Virus record (IMG/VR): IMGVR_UViG_3300042564_004671 | Direction: 5' to 3' (one strand) | DNA: 64,000 nucleotides | DNA from: an uncultured virus (IMG/VR IMGVR_UViG_3300042564_004671) | Lineage: Duplodnaviria > Heunggongvirae > Uroviricota > Caudoviricetes | Part shown: positions 29,701 to 38,194 of the stretch, piece by piece | Numbering within the stretch: the first letter of the stretch is position 1 | Layout of the letters: each line of letters opens with the position of its first letter | Position numbers and translations under genes: made by a program | Notes under the pieces: model-generated | Database searches by the model: none | Told to the model about the DNA's origin: nothing | What the model saw: only the letters and a program-made list of their open reading frames with translations

Positions 29701-31953
29701 AACTGAACTATATGAAAAAGTAGTTGACATTAAAACACTAACTGACTCATCCATAGGAGTATTAGTATAAAACTGGAATGTTTTTTGTCTATCACTCCAA
29801 TAAGTGATCCAATTTGTTTCAGATTGTGTCATAAAACTTGGAGCAGTTGCTGAAATAATAAGTGGTTCAAACGCTAAATAAGAACCAACAAGAGATGTAT
29901 CACTAAAGGTCAATGAGTTTGGAAGTCTATAATCACCAGCATCTGTAAAGAAGTTTAATTTACTAGCAATATCATAATCCAATACCAATAATTTAGACTT
30001 TAATTTCTCTTCAAAAGTAGGATCTAAAACATTAAAGTTTAATACACTATATGTAGATGATTGTAATAGTGATGTATTACCACATATTATCAATTCACTA
30101 CCGTCATAATCAAAAATTTCATTAGGATAAGTAACATATTCAAAAGTAGCCGCTGTTAATCCAACAGTTTTATTTGAATAAGAACTACCTGTTCCTAAAT
30201 ATTGAAAGTTATTAATATCGAATGAGAAAATCCCATCTTGATTAGTGACATTATCAGTACCTGTAAAATAAAAATAATCTGTGTTTTTTCTTCTTGTAAT
30301 ACTTCTTATATCACCATAATAATTTGAAAAGTCAAAATAAATAAAGTCAGTTCCTAAATCAGAGAATGAACTATTAATATCATAAGCTATAATATTACCA
30401 TTATCAGTAGCTAAGAAAAGTAAATCTTTCTCAGTTGGTATTGAATAAGTTGAATATGAGTAAGAAGCTGCCCAAGTTGTTAACTTTGTTTTATAAATAT
30501 CATTAATATTATCAACTAAAACATATTCATCTTCTTCATCATTTATCTTAGATATTCTTCTTTTATAAGCCACCCAACCGTCAATACTATCAACCATCTC
30601 AATCAAAACTCCTGTATTACCTGCTATAAAAAAGCTAGTAGCTGTTGAAAATAAAACTTTATTATAATTATAAGAATTAAAATCATCTAATTCAATTCTT
30701 GTCCAAGTATAACCACCATTTTTAGTAACTAAAATCGTATTTAATTCACCAACAATAACCCCTCTAAGATCATTAAAAAATGACACTGAATAAATATTTG
30801 TCTTTATTATTTGAGGTTGTAAGGAAGTAACATCTTCTATTTTTATTCTTTCTATTTCAAAGTCGTGTTTTCTTACTTTTAGTAAAGTATTACTATCACC
30901 ACATATCCAGTAGTATTGAGATGTCTCTGATATACCTCTTAGATTTACTTTATACTTATTTTTGATAATATTTGACTTACCTTCTTGTGTATTTAGAATA
31001 ACTCCAAATTCACCTACTGATATGGTTCTTGTAGGAATAGTATATGTTATATTTTCAAAAGTATATGATTGTGTTCCATTTTTTATAACATCAAAATAGT
31101 TTATTTCAAATAAGTTATTATAATCAACTCTGTTTCTTAAAATCCAATTTTTCTTTTCTTTGAATTCAATTGGTTGACTAAGTGCAGTAGTTGGATAAAA
31201 ACCATCTAATAATCTAGATAGATGAAGTTGTTTACCAGCATTGTTAGTTCCTAATTTAACATTAGTGCTAAACCTAATACATTTTTTATAATCATCAAGA
31301 ATTATATCTCTTACTAGTTTACCACCTTGATAAGTATAAATACCATTCTCTTCATTATAATATTGATATTCAATAGTAGCTCCAAGGTCTAAAGTGATTG
31401 TATATCTACCAGTAAAATAAATATCTGGGTCAGTACTATTTAATAAAGTAACATTTGTAACTTGATCTTTTACTAAAACTTTATGACCTTCTTTAAGTCT
31501 AATATCATCAATATAATAAGGATCTGTAACTAATGTAAGGTCTATTTGTTCTGTTGTAGCCACATCAACATAGTGATAGTTTTTTAAAGAATCTTTAATT
31601 AATCTAGATGGTGTAAATAAGTTTTTCAGAGTTAAACCATATTCTGATACAGATTTGTTATAAAAGTCATAAGAACTATCATTTGTGATTTGAGAGGCAT
31701 CTTGTGGTGGTATAGTAGATATACTATACGGAGAACCTATTATTTGTGGTATATACCAATTTCTAAATTGATACTCTTCTATAATATCATAAATATTACT
31801 TAAATCATTAACTGGTAGATATGTAGCACCACTTAAACACTTAGAGTAAAGTCTTGTAGAACTAAGTTCTTGTTTTAGATAATTAAAGTCACTCTTTGTT
31901 AACTTATCATCTGTTGATGACCACTTATTAAAATCACTATTGTATTTCCACAT
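26791..31953 (-). CDS. large tail/baseplate-associated protein with BNR/Ycf48-like propeller and WxxGx repeats
   Basis: IDDIRLKEGHKVLVKDQ...ENGIY tail-fibre-like motif; VGELNTILVTKNGGYTW; long WYxGTWNNG array. Confidence 0.65.
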   Translation of the reverse strand: MWKYNSDFNKWSSTDDKLTKSDFNYLKQELSSTRLYSKCLSGATYLPVNDLSNIYDIIEEYQFRNWYIPQIIGSPYSISTIPPQDASQITNDSSYDFYNKSVSEYGLTLKNLFTPSRLIKDSLKNYHYVDVATTEQIDLTLVTDPYYIDDIRLKEGHKVLVKDQVTNVTLLNSTDPDIYFTGRYTITLDLGATIEYQYYNEENGIYTYQGGKLVRDIILDDYKKCIRFSTNVKLGTNNAGKQLHLSRLLDGFYPTTALSQPIEFKEKKNWILRNRVDYNNLFEINYFDVIKNGTQSYTFENITYTIPTRTISVGEFGVILNTQEGKSNIIKNKYKVNLRGISETSQYYWICGDSNTLLKVRKHDFEIERIKIEDVTSLQPQIIKTNIYSVSFFNDLRGVIVGELNTILVTKNGGYTWTRIELDDFNSYNYNKVLFSTATSFFIAGNTGVLIEMVDSIDGWVAYKRRISKINDEEDEYVLVDNINDIYKTKLTTWAASYSYSTYSIPTEKDLLFLATDNGNIIAYDINSSFSDLGTDFIYFDFSNYYGDIRSITRRKNTDYFYFTGTDNVTNQDGIFSFDINNFQYLGTGSSYSNKTVGLTAATFEYVTYPNEIFDYDGSELIICGNTSLLQSSTYSVLNFNVLDPTFEEKLKSKLLVLDYDIASKLNFFTDAGDYRLPNSLTFSDTSLVGSYLAFEPLIISATAPSFMTQSETNWITYWSDRQKTFQFYTNTPMDESVSVLMSTTFSYSSVSTSNTISSITGSASQISYLAPMITLATQSRYDSQGLPVISAPTSPYDIYIYDYLMVYKVTTSYPVSVGDVIQFNSSVVDGQFVVNRVETLSGRNYIYMFTDFNGNIIKELQSTTYSITLTNLNRYQTIDELTYRFNEHPIGNAYKLEYSDSYGNVLSSTSSILKMSADFNNLTSYYNLATNVIIGGNYSEMKYTSGFLNFGYSPTYNLLSYLEGINGFGDLNPTFYATKEYLAMPEYRNIPLGSLTASTAYIDYNGMTASYDLNSQGNKILFGNDLYLEWNSIFINTFVDVNINGSSTYTTEKLLVMDKYYDEVQEAYVIEFHKRLNFVLGDTAILSGTLDIVSRRYLSQISEDLQELNNIQRTKGKTNSWKDQGLFNYESYENELNFKIPTDSYAKILLSDANTVSKLSAIIYVDYKNELAMNITRLAKEYSIPILNTSQTGIGSVIYVPGKLYISCSQKHELITGDGVNLEFTGGTGSSQQLNQQYFGYHPVIKVTDYDFVVDIDYGTTPLLGNDDGYVRYTRQDPFLNYQPIDLIDYGADQRGKQSIELTVENLKLSGSVYSLIDIDYDKYRYRLVDGLNLETISLSYPWILEAEISGAIIGLGTEELVWYKGTWECGRWFGGTWHSGVWMSGDWYGGTWNSNKIDDRILSVSVDTKTVDKEMSIWYTGRWYTGTWNNGTWNNGRWYDGTWNNGIWYKGTWNDGVWNNGLFQGGIWILGTWNTGIFNCDSEPAYWLDGNWNGGDFENGMWYNGNWQQKNGESRFGTKSFNSRTSTWQAGNWVSGSFYSELNRNSDGQLDVSDKHKYSIWKTGKWLSGEWYGGIAYNMDWKLGTWYGGILEDIQVVGVDTVNNTFTLNGIFKFNIGDDIYIIDNQIGGTYSIYGSNSAPGRYKVLFTEEDNINETTTIYVNYNLSGTSINLVETNLRVVSKFTNLNWKSGIWTNGLFDTGLWEGGIWYNGVFEATWM

Positions 31954-31956
31954 ATT

Positions 31957-32169
31957 TTATTTTTTAACTTTTAATTCCCATAGAACGGTTTTACTATCCA
32001 TTACTATGTTACTTTTTGATATTTTAACCTTGGACTTTTTAAGCACACTCTTTATCATTGAAACAAACTCAGTATATTGATATATGTCTGTTATATAATC
32101 AGATATATCAATAATAAAAGATTCTTGTTCCGAAAATATCAAACTATAGATTAAATCATCTTTTTTCAC
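31957..32169 (-). CDS. hypothetical protein (GTG start)
   Basis: 70 aa; TAATATATA at 32189-32197 (-). Confidence 0.55.
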   Translation of the reverse strand: MKKDDLIYSLIFSEQESFIIDISDYITDIYQYTEFVSMIKSVLKKSKVKISKSNIVMDSKTVLWELKVKK

Positions 32170-32256
32170 TTTAACTCAGTCTTTGACTTATATATTAAAA
32201 GTATGCATCTCTAATGAGGGAGAAAATGGAATATCAATATATAAAATAAAGAAATA

Positions 32257-33015
32257 ATGTATATGAGTAAAAAGGGCGACGCTAACAATCAAATACAAGA
32301 AGGAATTCAGGAATTTGAATACAGAAAAAACATCAGAAAAAAGAATTCTCTGACTAAAGAAGAATTTCAAAAGTCTAATGTACATTTAAGTGATAAACAA
32401 CAAAGCTTATATAAAGGAATAAGAAACAGCACATTAACTGTTGTTCACGGACCAGCAGGAACCTCAAAAACATATACAACCTGTTACGCAGCTTTAGCAC
32501 TATTAGCTGATAAGAAAATCGAAAAGATTATTATAACAAAACCTATACAAGAATCTGGTGAGAATTTAGGTTTTTTACCTGGAAGTATGGAAGATAAACT
32601 ACTTCCATATAAACAATCTTACTATACAACATTTTGTAAAATCATTGGTAAAGTATCAACTGATATGTTATTTGCTACAGAAGAGATTGTATTCGAACCA
32701 TTAGCTTATATGAGAGGTTCTACTTATGATAATTGTATAATGTTATTAGATGAGTGTCAAAATGCTTCAATCAAACAATTAATGCTTTGGGTTACTCGTT
32801 TGGGTAAAGATTCAAGAGCCGTAATGATGGGAGATACATCACAATATGATGTTAGGAAAAAAGACTCAGGCTATAATGACTTCATTAAGATGGTAGATGG
32901 TATGGATGAACTTTGTATGTTTGAATTTAATAACTCTGATATTGTTAGAAATAAATTCTTAATACAAATTGCTAATAGATACGATAAATATCGTTCAGAA
33001 CAAAAAGAGTTTTAA
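32257..33015 (+). CDS. phoH: PhoH-family ATPase
   Basis: GPAGTSKT, ENLGFLPG, PLAYMRGST, LLDECQN, TRLG, GDTSQYD, DIVRN. Confidence 0.95.
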   Translation: MYMSKKGDANNQIQEGIQEFEYRKNIRKKNSLTKEEFQKSNVHLSDKQQSLYKGIRNSTLTVVHGPAGTSKTYTTCYAALALLADKKIEKIIITKPIQESGENLGFLPGSMEDKLLPYKQSYYTTFCKIIGKVSTDMLFATEEIVFEPLAYMRGSTYDNCIMLLDECQNASIKQLMLWVTRLGKDSRAVMMGDTSQYDVRKKDSGYNDFIKMVDGMDELCMFEFNNSDIVRNKFLIQIANRYDKYRSEQKEF

Positions 33016-33016
33016 T

Positions 33017-33047
33017 AAAAAACCCACTAAGATTTAGTGGGTTTTTT
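33017..33047. terminator. bidirectional intrinsic terminator
   Basis: A6-cccactaa-gat-ttagtggg-T6 between convergent genes. Confidence 0.8.
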
Positions 33048-33051
33048 ATTA

Positions 33052-34005
33052 TTAATTATCAAATTCAAAATTTCCATCATCATCATAAAATTCTTCTTCA
33101 GGTTCAGGATCTCTTTCGGTCTGACCATTACTTTGTACTAAAATATAGTCAAAACTATATCTATCAGAGTTTGAAAATCTACCCGTATTTTCATTATAAA
33201 ACTTAAAGGTATCTAAATAAGGATAGTATCTAAAATCATAATTCTCCAAGACAACATAAAGTGATTTTATACAAGGACTTCCATCCACATCAAAAATTAA
33301 CTCAGATTTAGCATTTTGTTCCCATTTTGATAAGTAACCATTTTCTTTTGCCCAATCTTTGAAAAATGCAACATCATGATCGTAGATATAATATATTCTA
33401 TCCATTACTTTGTATTCTTTTTCTATTTCTTTATGCTCTTTAACACCTTCCCAAAGAAGTGCTCTAGCTCTCACTTTTCCATCATCTTCTAAATAAACTA
33501 ACATTTTAATATTAGGATTTTTAGAATAAATCTCCATGAACTTATTTCTTTCTCTTTGTCTCATACAAGAGTTCCATAAAGTTCCAATTTTCATACCATT
33601 TGACAAATGGTAATTATCTTCTAAATAATACTTTAGAATATCTTCACCAGAAACTATCTTTAGTTTAGATTTATCTCTTGAGAAGAAAGATTTATAAAGA
33701 TTTACAAATCTTTCAATTGCGTTATCATTTATATTAAAATTAGATATTGAGAACTCAGTTAGGAATTTTCTTATAAATCTACCAATTTTAATTTTTGTTC
33801 GACCTGAACTCCAAACATCTTCTACTTTTTCATATTTAGAACGAGGTAGAAAAGATATAACATCTATTTCAGACTCTTCTACTTTTATATAATTACCCTC
33901 ATCGGTTAAGTGCGAACCATCACCATTTAGTAGTATTTGAGAAATGATATCTCTTGATGCGAAGTGTAAGAATTCAACAAAATTTTTATCGAAAATAAGT
34001 CTCAT
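33052..34005 (-). CDS. SCM/DRIY/PYLD-domain protein, paralogue of 15326..16858
   Basis: KIGRFIR, GTLWNSCM, ARALLW, MDRIY, WAKENG, YPYLDTFKF. Confidence 0.7.
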   Translation of the reverse strand: MRLIFDKNFVEFLHFASRDIISQILLNGDGSHLTDEGNYIKVEESEIDVISFLPRSKYEKVEDVWSSGRTKIKIGRFIRKFLTEFSISNFNINDNAIERFVNLYKSFFSRDKSKLKIVSGEDILKYYLEDNYHLSNGMKIGTLWNSCMRQRERNKFMEIYSKNPNIKMLVYLEDDGKVRARALLWEGVKEHKEIEKEYKVMDRIYYIYDHDVAFFKDWAKENGYLSKWEQNAKSELIFDVDGSPCIKSLYVVLENYDFRYYPYLDTFKFYNENTGRFSNSDRYSFDYILVQSNGQTERDPEPEEEFYDDDGNFEFDN

Positions 34006-34024
34006 AGATTTTAATATATAGTAT

Positions 34025-34237
34025 ATGAAATTTTTATTAGAGTTTAAGTCTTTTTATAATGTAGATGATATTGTTCTCATTGAATACTGGTATGGTGATA
34101 TGGTTACTCCTGTTAAAATTGTTGAGAAACTATCGAGAGTTTCTTATAAAGTTAGCCATAATGTTCCAAATTCTAAAATATTTAATGCTCCCGATGAAAT
34201 CATCAAATCATCGGATATAATTGATATTAGTCGATAA
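34025..34237 (+). CDS. small SH3/KOW-like hypothetical protein
   Basis: 70 aa, beta-rich; TAATATATA at 34012-34020. Confidence 0.55.
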   Translation: MKFLLEFKSFYNVDDIVLIEYWYGDMVTPVKIVEKLSRVSYKVSHNVPNSKIFNAPDEIIKSSDIIDISR

Positions 34238-35426
34238 CGTTACCTAATAAGTAGTCATAAAATGTTTTATCATTTACACTATTCATATCAAGATATTGGT
34301 CTTTAACAACATCTAATTCTGATTTTGATAGATTTTTATCTAAAATTTTATCAATAATAGAATCATAGTAATCTTCTTTCTTATCAACAGATTTAGGTGT
34401 AATATCAATTAAACCCGAGCCATTGTCAAAGTATTTCTTACCACTACGTCTTGTCTTTTTGAAAGAAGCATATTCTTTTTCACCTGGCCAATCTTCTTCA
34501 AGATCATCTTCTAAATCATCCTTAGGACCATCATACCAATCATCATGATATCCATAATCTCTACTTCTCCAGTTACTTCCTTTTCCTTTCCAACTACTTG
34601 AAGAACTTCCATAACTTTTTTGTTTGTTTCTACCAAAAGAACCATAACAACCATAATCATAAGACTTATATTCTGTTTTAGAAGGATCTCTTCTAGTTGG
34701 TAAGTTTTCCCAGTCAATCAATAAACAAGCGTCAGCCAATTTGACCAAGTGTTTAATATCTTGAGACTCGTTAGTAGTGTGTTCTTTATAATAACCAACT
34801 GATATATTAGTACATTCTGGAATTAAATGTGTAAACTCAGCGGAGTCTGTATAAACACCACCATCATCTTTCTTATAAGACATACCACCTCTTTTATTAA
34901 GTTGTTTACTTAATTCATCGGCGAACGCATCTGAACAACATCTTGAAGATGATTGGAAAGTAATAACAGAACCTGTATCTCGTCTATCAAAAGAAATTAT
35001 TCTATCATATAATCCTTTGAATTTATCGTATTTAGCAGCCAAACCCGAACCAATACAACCAACTTCCTCACCAATGAAAAAGTAGTAAAGACCTGGGATT
35101 TTATTTTTAATAAGATGTAGTAATATAGTGACACCTGCTTTATCATCAGCTCCTAAAATTGTTTTACCATCTGTTTTAATCATATTTCCATCGAAAACAT
35201 GAGTAACTGGAGTTGCTTCTTTGCAAGCCGTGTCAAGGTGTGATGCGAAAATGGTTCTTGATTTACCAATTTTATAGTAGTAGTTACCATGTGAATCTTT
35301 TTCTAAATCAGGAAATACTCCTTGACTTATCATACTCTCAACAAGAGTATCTTCAGTACCATAAGGATAGGTACGATTTGTTAGTCGTAAAAATGTTTCT
35401 AAAATATAATTTTCTTTTTTACTCAC
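34227..35426 (-). CDS. M20/M28-family zinc peptidase (GTG start)
   Basis: SHLDT, LGADDKAG, GEEVGCIGS, FDRR, YTDSA, NISVGYYKEHT. Confidence 0.85.
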   Translation of the reverse strand: MSKKENYILETFLRLTNRTYPYGTEDTLVESMISQGVFPDLEKDSHGNYYYKIGKSRTIFASHLDTACKEATPVTHVFDGNMIKTDGKTILGADDKAGVTILLHLIKNKIPGLYYFFIGEEVGCIGSGLAAKYDKFKGLYDRIISFDRRDTGSVITFQSSSRCCSDAFADELSKQLNKRGGMSYKKDDGGVYTDSAEFTHLIPECTNISVGYYKEHTTNESQDIKHLVKLADACLLIDWENLPTRRDPSKTEYKSYDYGCYGSFGRNKQKSYGSSSSSWKGKGSNWRSRDYGYHDDWYDGPKDDLEDDLEEDWPGEKEYASFKKTRRSGKKYFDNGSGLIDITPKSVDKKEDYYDSIIDKILDKNLSKSELDVVKDQYLDMNSVNDKTFYDYLLGNVID

Positions 35427-35452
35427 TTTATCAATTTTATTTATAATTATAA

Positions 35453-35482
35453 CAAATATACGAAAAAAATTAGAAAAAACAA
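35453..35482 (-). promoter_or_regulatory. Bacteroidota-type promoter
   Basis: TATATTTG at 35453-35460 (-), TTG about 19 nt upstream. Confidence 0.6.
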
Positions 35483-35501
35483 TACTTTTAATATATAATT
35501 T

Positions 35502-36053
35502 ATGAATTTTAAAGTAGATAATTCAATTTTATGGGATAATGTGTTCTTTATCGAAACCGATAGTGGTGTAAAGTATGTTGCTAAATTAGAAGAAACATCA
35601 CCGGGATCAGGGGTATGGACACTTTTCTTCCTTTTAGTAAATGGTATACCAAATTCTAGAGAAATATTTGGAACAATGAATACTCTAACTGAGAATCTTA
35701 TAAATGTACTAAATCAAAAAGGTATAGATTCTCTATTAGTTTGGATTGCTGGAAAAGATAGAAAAGAAATAGACCAAAAAACTAAAGTATTTTTAAGATG
35801 GGTAGAGTATCCATTTGAATATACATTAGATGAAAATCCAGAAATTAGAATACAGGGTAAGAATGAAACCATATATCCGAATACAAATTTTATACACATA
35901 AAAAGAATTGTTAAACAAGAAGTTAAGGAAGTTAAAAAAGATGTACAAGTTCCAATTTCAAACATTAAAGTAAAATTCTGTTTTAATTGTGGAATGGAAA
36001 ATAAAGATTATAAATTTTGTCCTGGTTGTGGAACAAATTTAAAACAAACATAA
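35502..36053 (+). CDS. hypothetical protein with C-terminal Zn ribbon
   Basis: FCFNCG...FCPGCG; TAATATATA at 35489-35497. Confidence 0.7.
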   Translation: MNFKVDNSILWDNVFFIETDSGVKYVAKLEETSPGSGVWTLFFLLVNGIPNSREIFGTMNTLTENLINVLNQKGIDSLLVWIAGKDRKEIDQKTKVFLRWVEYPFEYTLDENPEIRIQGKNETIYPNTNFIHIKRIVKQEVKEVKKDVQVPISNIKVKFCFNCGMENKDYKFCPGCGTNLKQT

Positions 36054-36074
36054 AGTTTTTCAATATATAACATT

Positions 36075-36146
36075 AGCTGTTCGCTACACTTATGTCGGGT
36101 ATCATTAGGATACCTTTGAGATTTAGAAATGAATCAAAGATATAGG
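36075..36146 (+). ncRNA. putative structured 5' leader (three-way junction)
   Basis: P1 36089-96/36139-46, P2 ggtatc/gatacc 36098-36114, P3 tttga/tcaaa 36115-36138. Confidence 0.45.
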
Positions 36147-36168
36147 ATAAAATAAAAAAAGAATAACT

Positions 36169-37182
36169 ATGGCAAAATCAATTGCACAAACTAGCACTAA
36201 ACCAAGTGCTTGGATCGTAACTCCTAACGACAAAGGGAGAAAATCAATTAAAAGTGGTAAAATCTTCTTAGAAGATAAAGAAGAATTTGAAATAGAATTA
36301 TTTAACCCACTAACCGTTTCAGTTCTCGCTGATATTAAATTAAACGGTCAATCAATATCAAAAACAGGATTAGTTTTAAAACCAGGACAAAGAGTTTATC
36401 TCGATTGTTTTATTGACGACAAAAAGAAATTCATATTTTCTACATATGAAATCGATGGTGGTTTAGAATCATTAAACGCTACTCAAAACAATGGTCTTTT
36501 AGAAGTTTTTTTCTATAAAGAAGATGTTATCACTTTAGATAACTGGAGATCTCGTTTTGATAGAGTAATCGTTGAAAAGTGGTATCCTGCTTACTACCCA
36601 TCACATAACTATCCTTGGAACAACATCTATTGTGGTGGTTCTTTCGGAACTGGTGGGTATGGAACTACTCTAACCAATGGTATTATTGGAAGCACTACAA
36701 CTACTAATGTTGATTTATCTAATATAAGTAGTAATATCAATTCATCATATACATCTGACTCTAATGTTTCATATGGTGGAACTACGGTTAATAATTTATT
36801 TTCATTAAATAATATAGAAACTGGTAGAGTTGAAAAAGGTGAAGTTTCAAAACAAAAATTCACTGAAGTAGAAATGGACTTTGAAAAGAATTATATCTCT
36901 TCAACTATTATTCAGATATTACCAGAAAGTAGAAAACCAGCAGAGATTAAAAATGTTAAAATTAATATTGAACTTCCTAAAGGTGATTGGTCTAAAGAAC
37001 AGATAGAAGAAGCCAAAGAAGTAGTTCAAAATTTCTTGTGGAAAGAAGATACCCAAGAAACACAAAAAGAAATGTATAAAAACATAGAACTAATTAAAAA
37101 ATTAGCCGACTTACATTCAGCAGGTATCTTAACAGATGAAGAATTCTCAACAAAAAAAACAGAATTACTAAGTAAAATCTAA
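36169..37182 (+). CDS. hypothetical beta-sandwich protein with C-terminal SHOCT domain
   Basis: ETGRVEKG..SKQKF; ends LKKLADLHSAGILTDEEFSTKKTELL-type SHOCT. Confidence 0.7.
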   Translation: MAKSIAQTSTKPSAWIVTPNDKGRKSIKSGKIFLEDKEEFEIELFNPLTVSVLADIKLNGQSISKTGLVLKPGQRVYLDCFIDDKKKFIFSTYEIDGGLESLNATQNNGLLEVFFYKEDVITLDNWRSRFDRVIVEKWYPAYYPSHNYPWNNIYCGGSFGTGGYGTTLTNGIIGSTTTTNVDLSNISSNINSSYTSDSNVSYGGTTVNNLFSLNNIETGRVEKGEVSKQKFTEVEMDFEKNYISSTIIQILPESRKPAEIKNVKINIELPKGDWSKEQIEEAKEVVQNFLWKEDTQETQKEMYKNIELIKKLADLHSAGILTDEEFSTKKTELLSKI

Positions 37183-37203
37183 AAATAAATAAGTGAACAG
37201 CTT

Positions 37204-37234
37204 AAGAAGAGAGTCATTTTGACTCTCTTTTTTT
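37204..37234. terminator. intrinsic terminator (convergent genes)
   Basis: aagagagtc-atttt-gactctctt followed by a T run. Confidence 0.8.
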
Positions 37235-37236
37235 AA

Positions 37237-38160
37237 TTAAATTGTAGTAGGAGTATCAACTGCTCTACCAGTTGATTTATCTCTTGTATTTATTACCATT
37301 GTTGATTTATCTATCCAAGACTTAGTAGTAATATAAAATTCGTCTTCTAATTTCCCACTAACTCCTAATAAATCTAATATCTTATCTGGATTTTCATGAC
37401 CAGCTGCAATCAACATAGTTCTAACATTTTCAGCAGTATACATCTTATTATCTAAATCAGGTTTGTCAGTTGCTTGCCACCAATTACAATATTGATAAAT
37501 CGAAGTTCCTTCATCATTTATGTTTATATGTTCTCCTTTATTTTTTGACAAATTTCTACTTTCAATGTTCTTTAACAACCAATCAAATGGTGTGAATAAA
37601 ATCCACTCAGTAATTTGACCCTTAAAATAAGATTTTATACCTATACTTATATCATCAAATATAATTGTTTTACAATTATCGGGTAATAAATCAGCACACC
37701 AAGCCATTCCAGTAATTCTACCATCTGGACTATTACGAGGTATATTATTTTGTATATTTTGAGATATTGTTAATGGATATTTTTTACAAATTTCTTCAAA
37801 TGCCTCGACTTCTTCGACAGGTGCTGTTTTTTTCCAATCCATATACTCTTTTTTATAAAAGACTTTTGTTCCATCAGACTGACCAAATGTCCAAGGCCAA
37901 TCTGATATAGTATCAGCAAGTGTATTCATACCTCTTTCTCTTAATAGTTTTTGGAAGTCTTCAAAGTATTTACCTCCACCAAAATTATCTGTACCAACTA
38001 AAACTACAGGAGATAGATTTTCATACCAATCAGTTGCTCCTAATTTTTTTGCCAAAGTTGATTTCCCAGACGCACTTGGACCAGAAAATAAAATAAGTTT
38101 TTTTCCACTAATTGATTCTTTTATCAATCTAAATTTTTCGTATAGTTTTAAGTATCTCAT
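37237..38160 (-). CDS. P-loop kinase with capsid-targeting-like leader
   Basis: MRYLKLYEKFRLIKE; LILFSGPSASGKST; IIFDD. Confidence 0.7.
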   Translation of the reverse strand: MRYLKLYEKFRLIKESISGKKLILFSGPSASGKSTLAKKLGATDWYENLSPVVLVGTDNFGGGKYFEDFQKLLRERGMNTLADTISDWPWTFGQSDGTKVFYKKEYMDWKKTAPVEEVEAFEEICKKYPLTISQNIQNNIPRNSPDGRITGMAWCADLLPDNCKTIIFDDISIGIKSYFKGQITEWILFTPFDWLLKNIESRNLSKNKGEHININDEGTSIYQYCNWWQATDKPDLDNKMYTAENVRTMLIAAGHENPDKILDLLGVSGKLEDEFYITTKSWIDKSTMVINTRDKSTGRAVDTPTTI

Positions 38161-38178
38161 AAATTGTAATGAAATTTT

Positions 38179-38190
38179 TAATATATATTA
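38179..38190. promoter_or_regulatory. palindromic bidirectional late promoter
   Basis: TAATATATATTA contains TAATATATA on both strands, between divergent leader-bearing genes. Confidence 0.6.
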
Positions 38191-38194
38191 AGAA

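Noticed and set aside
36075..37202. Retron msr/msd a1-a2 repeat
   Set aside because: The inverted repeat encloses a protein-coding gene, and no reverse transcriptase is present in the window.
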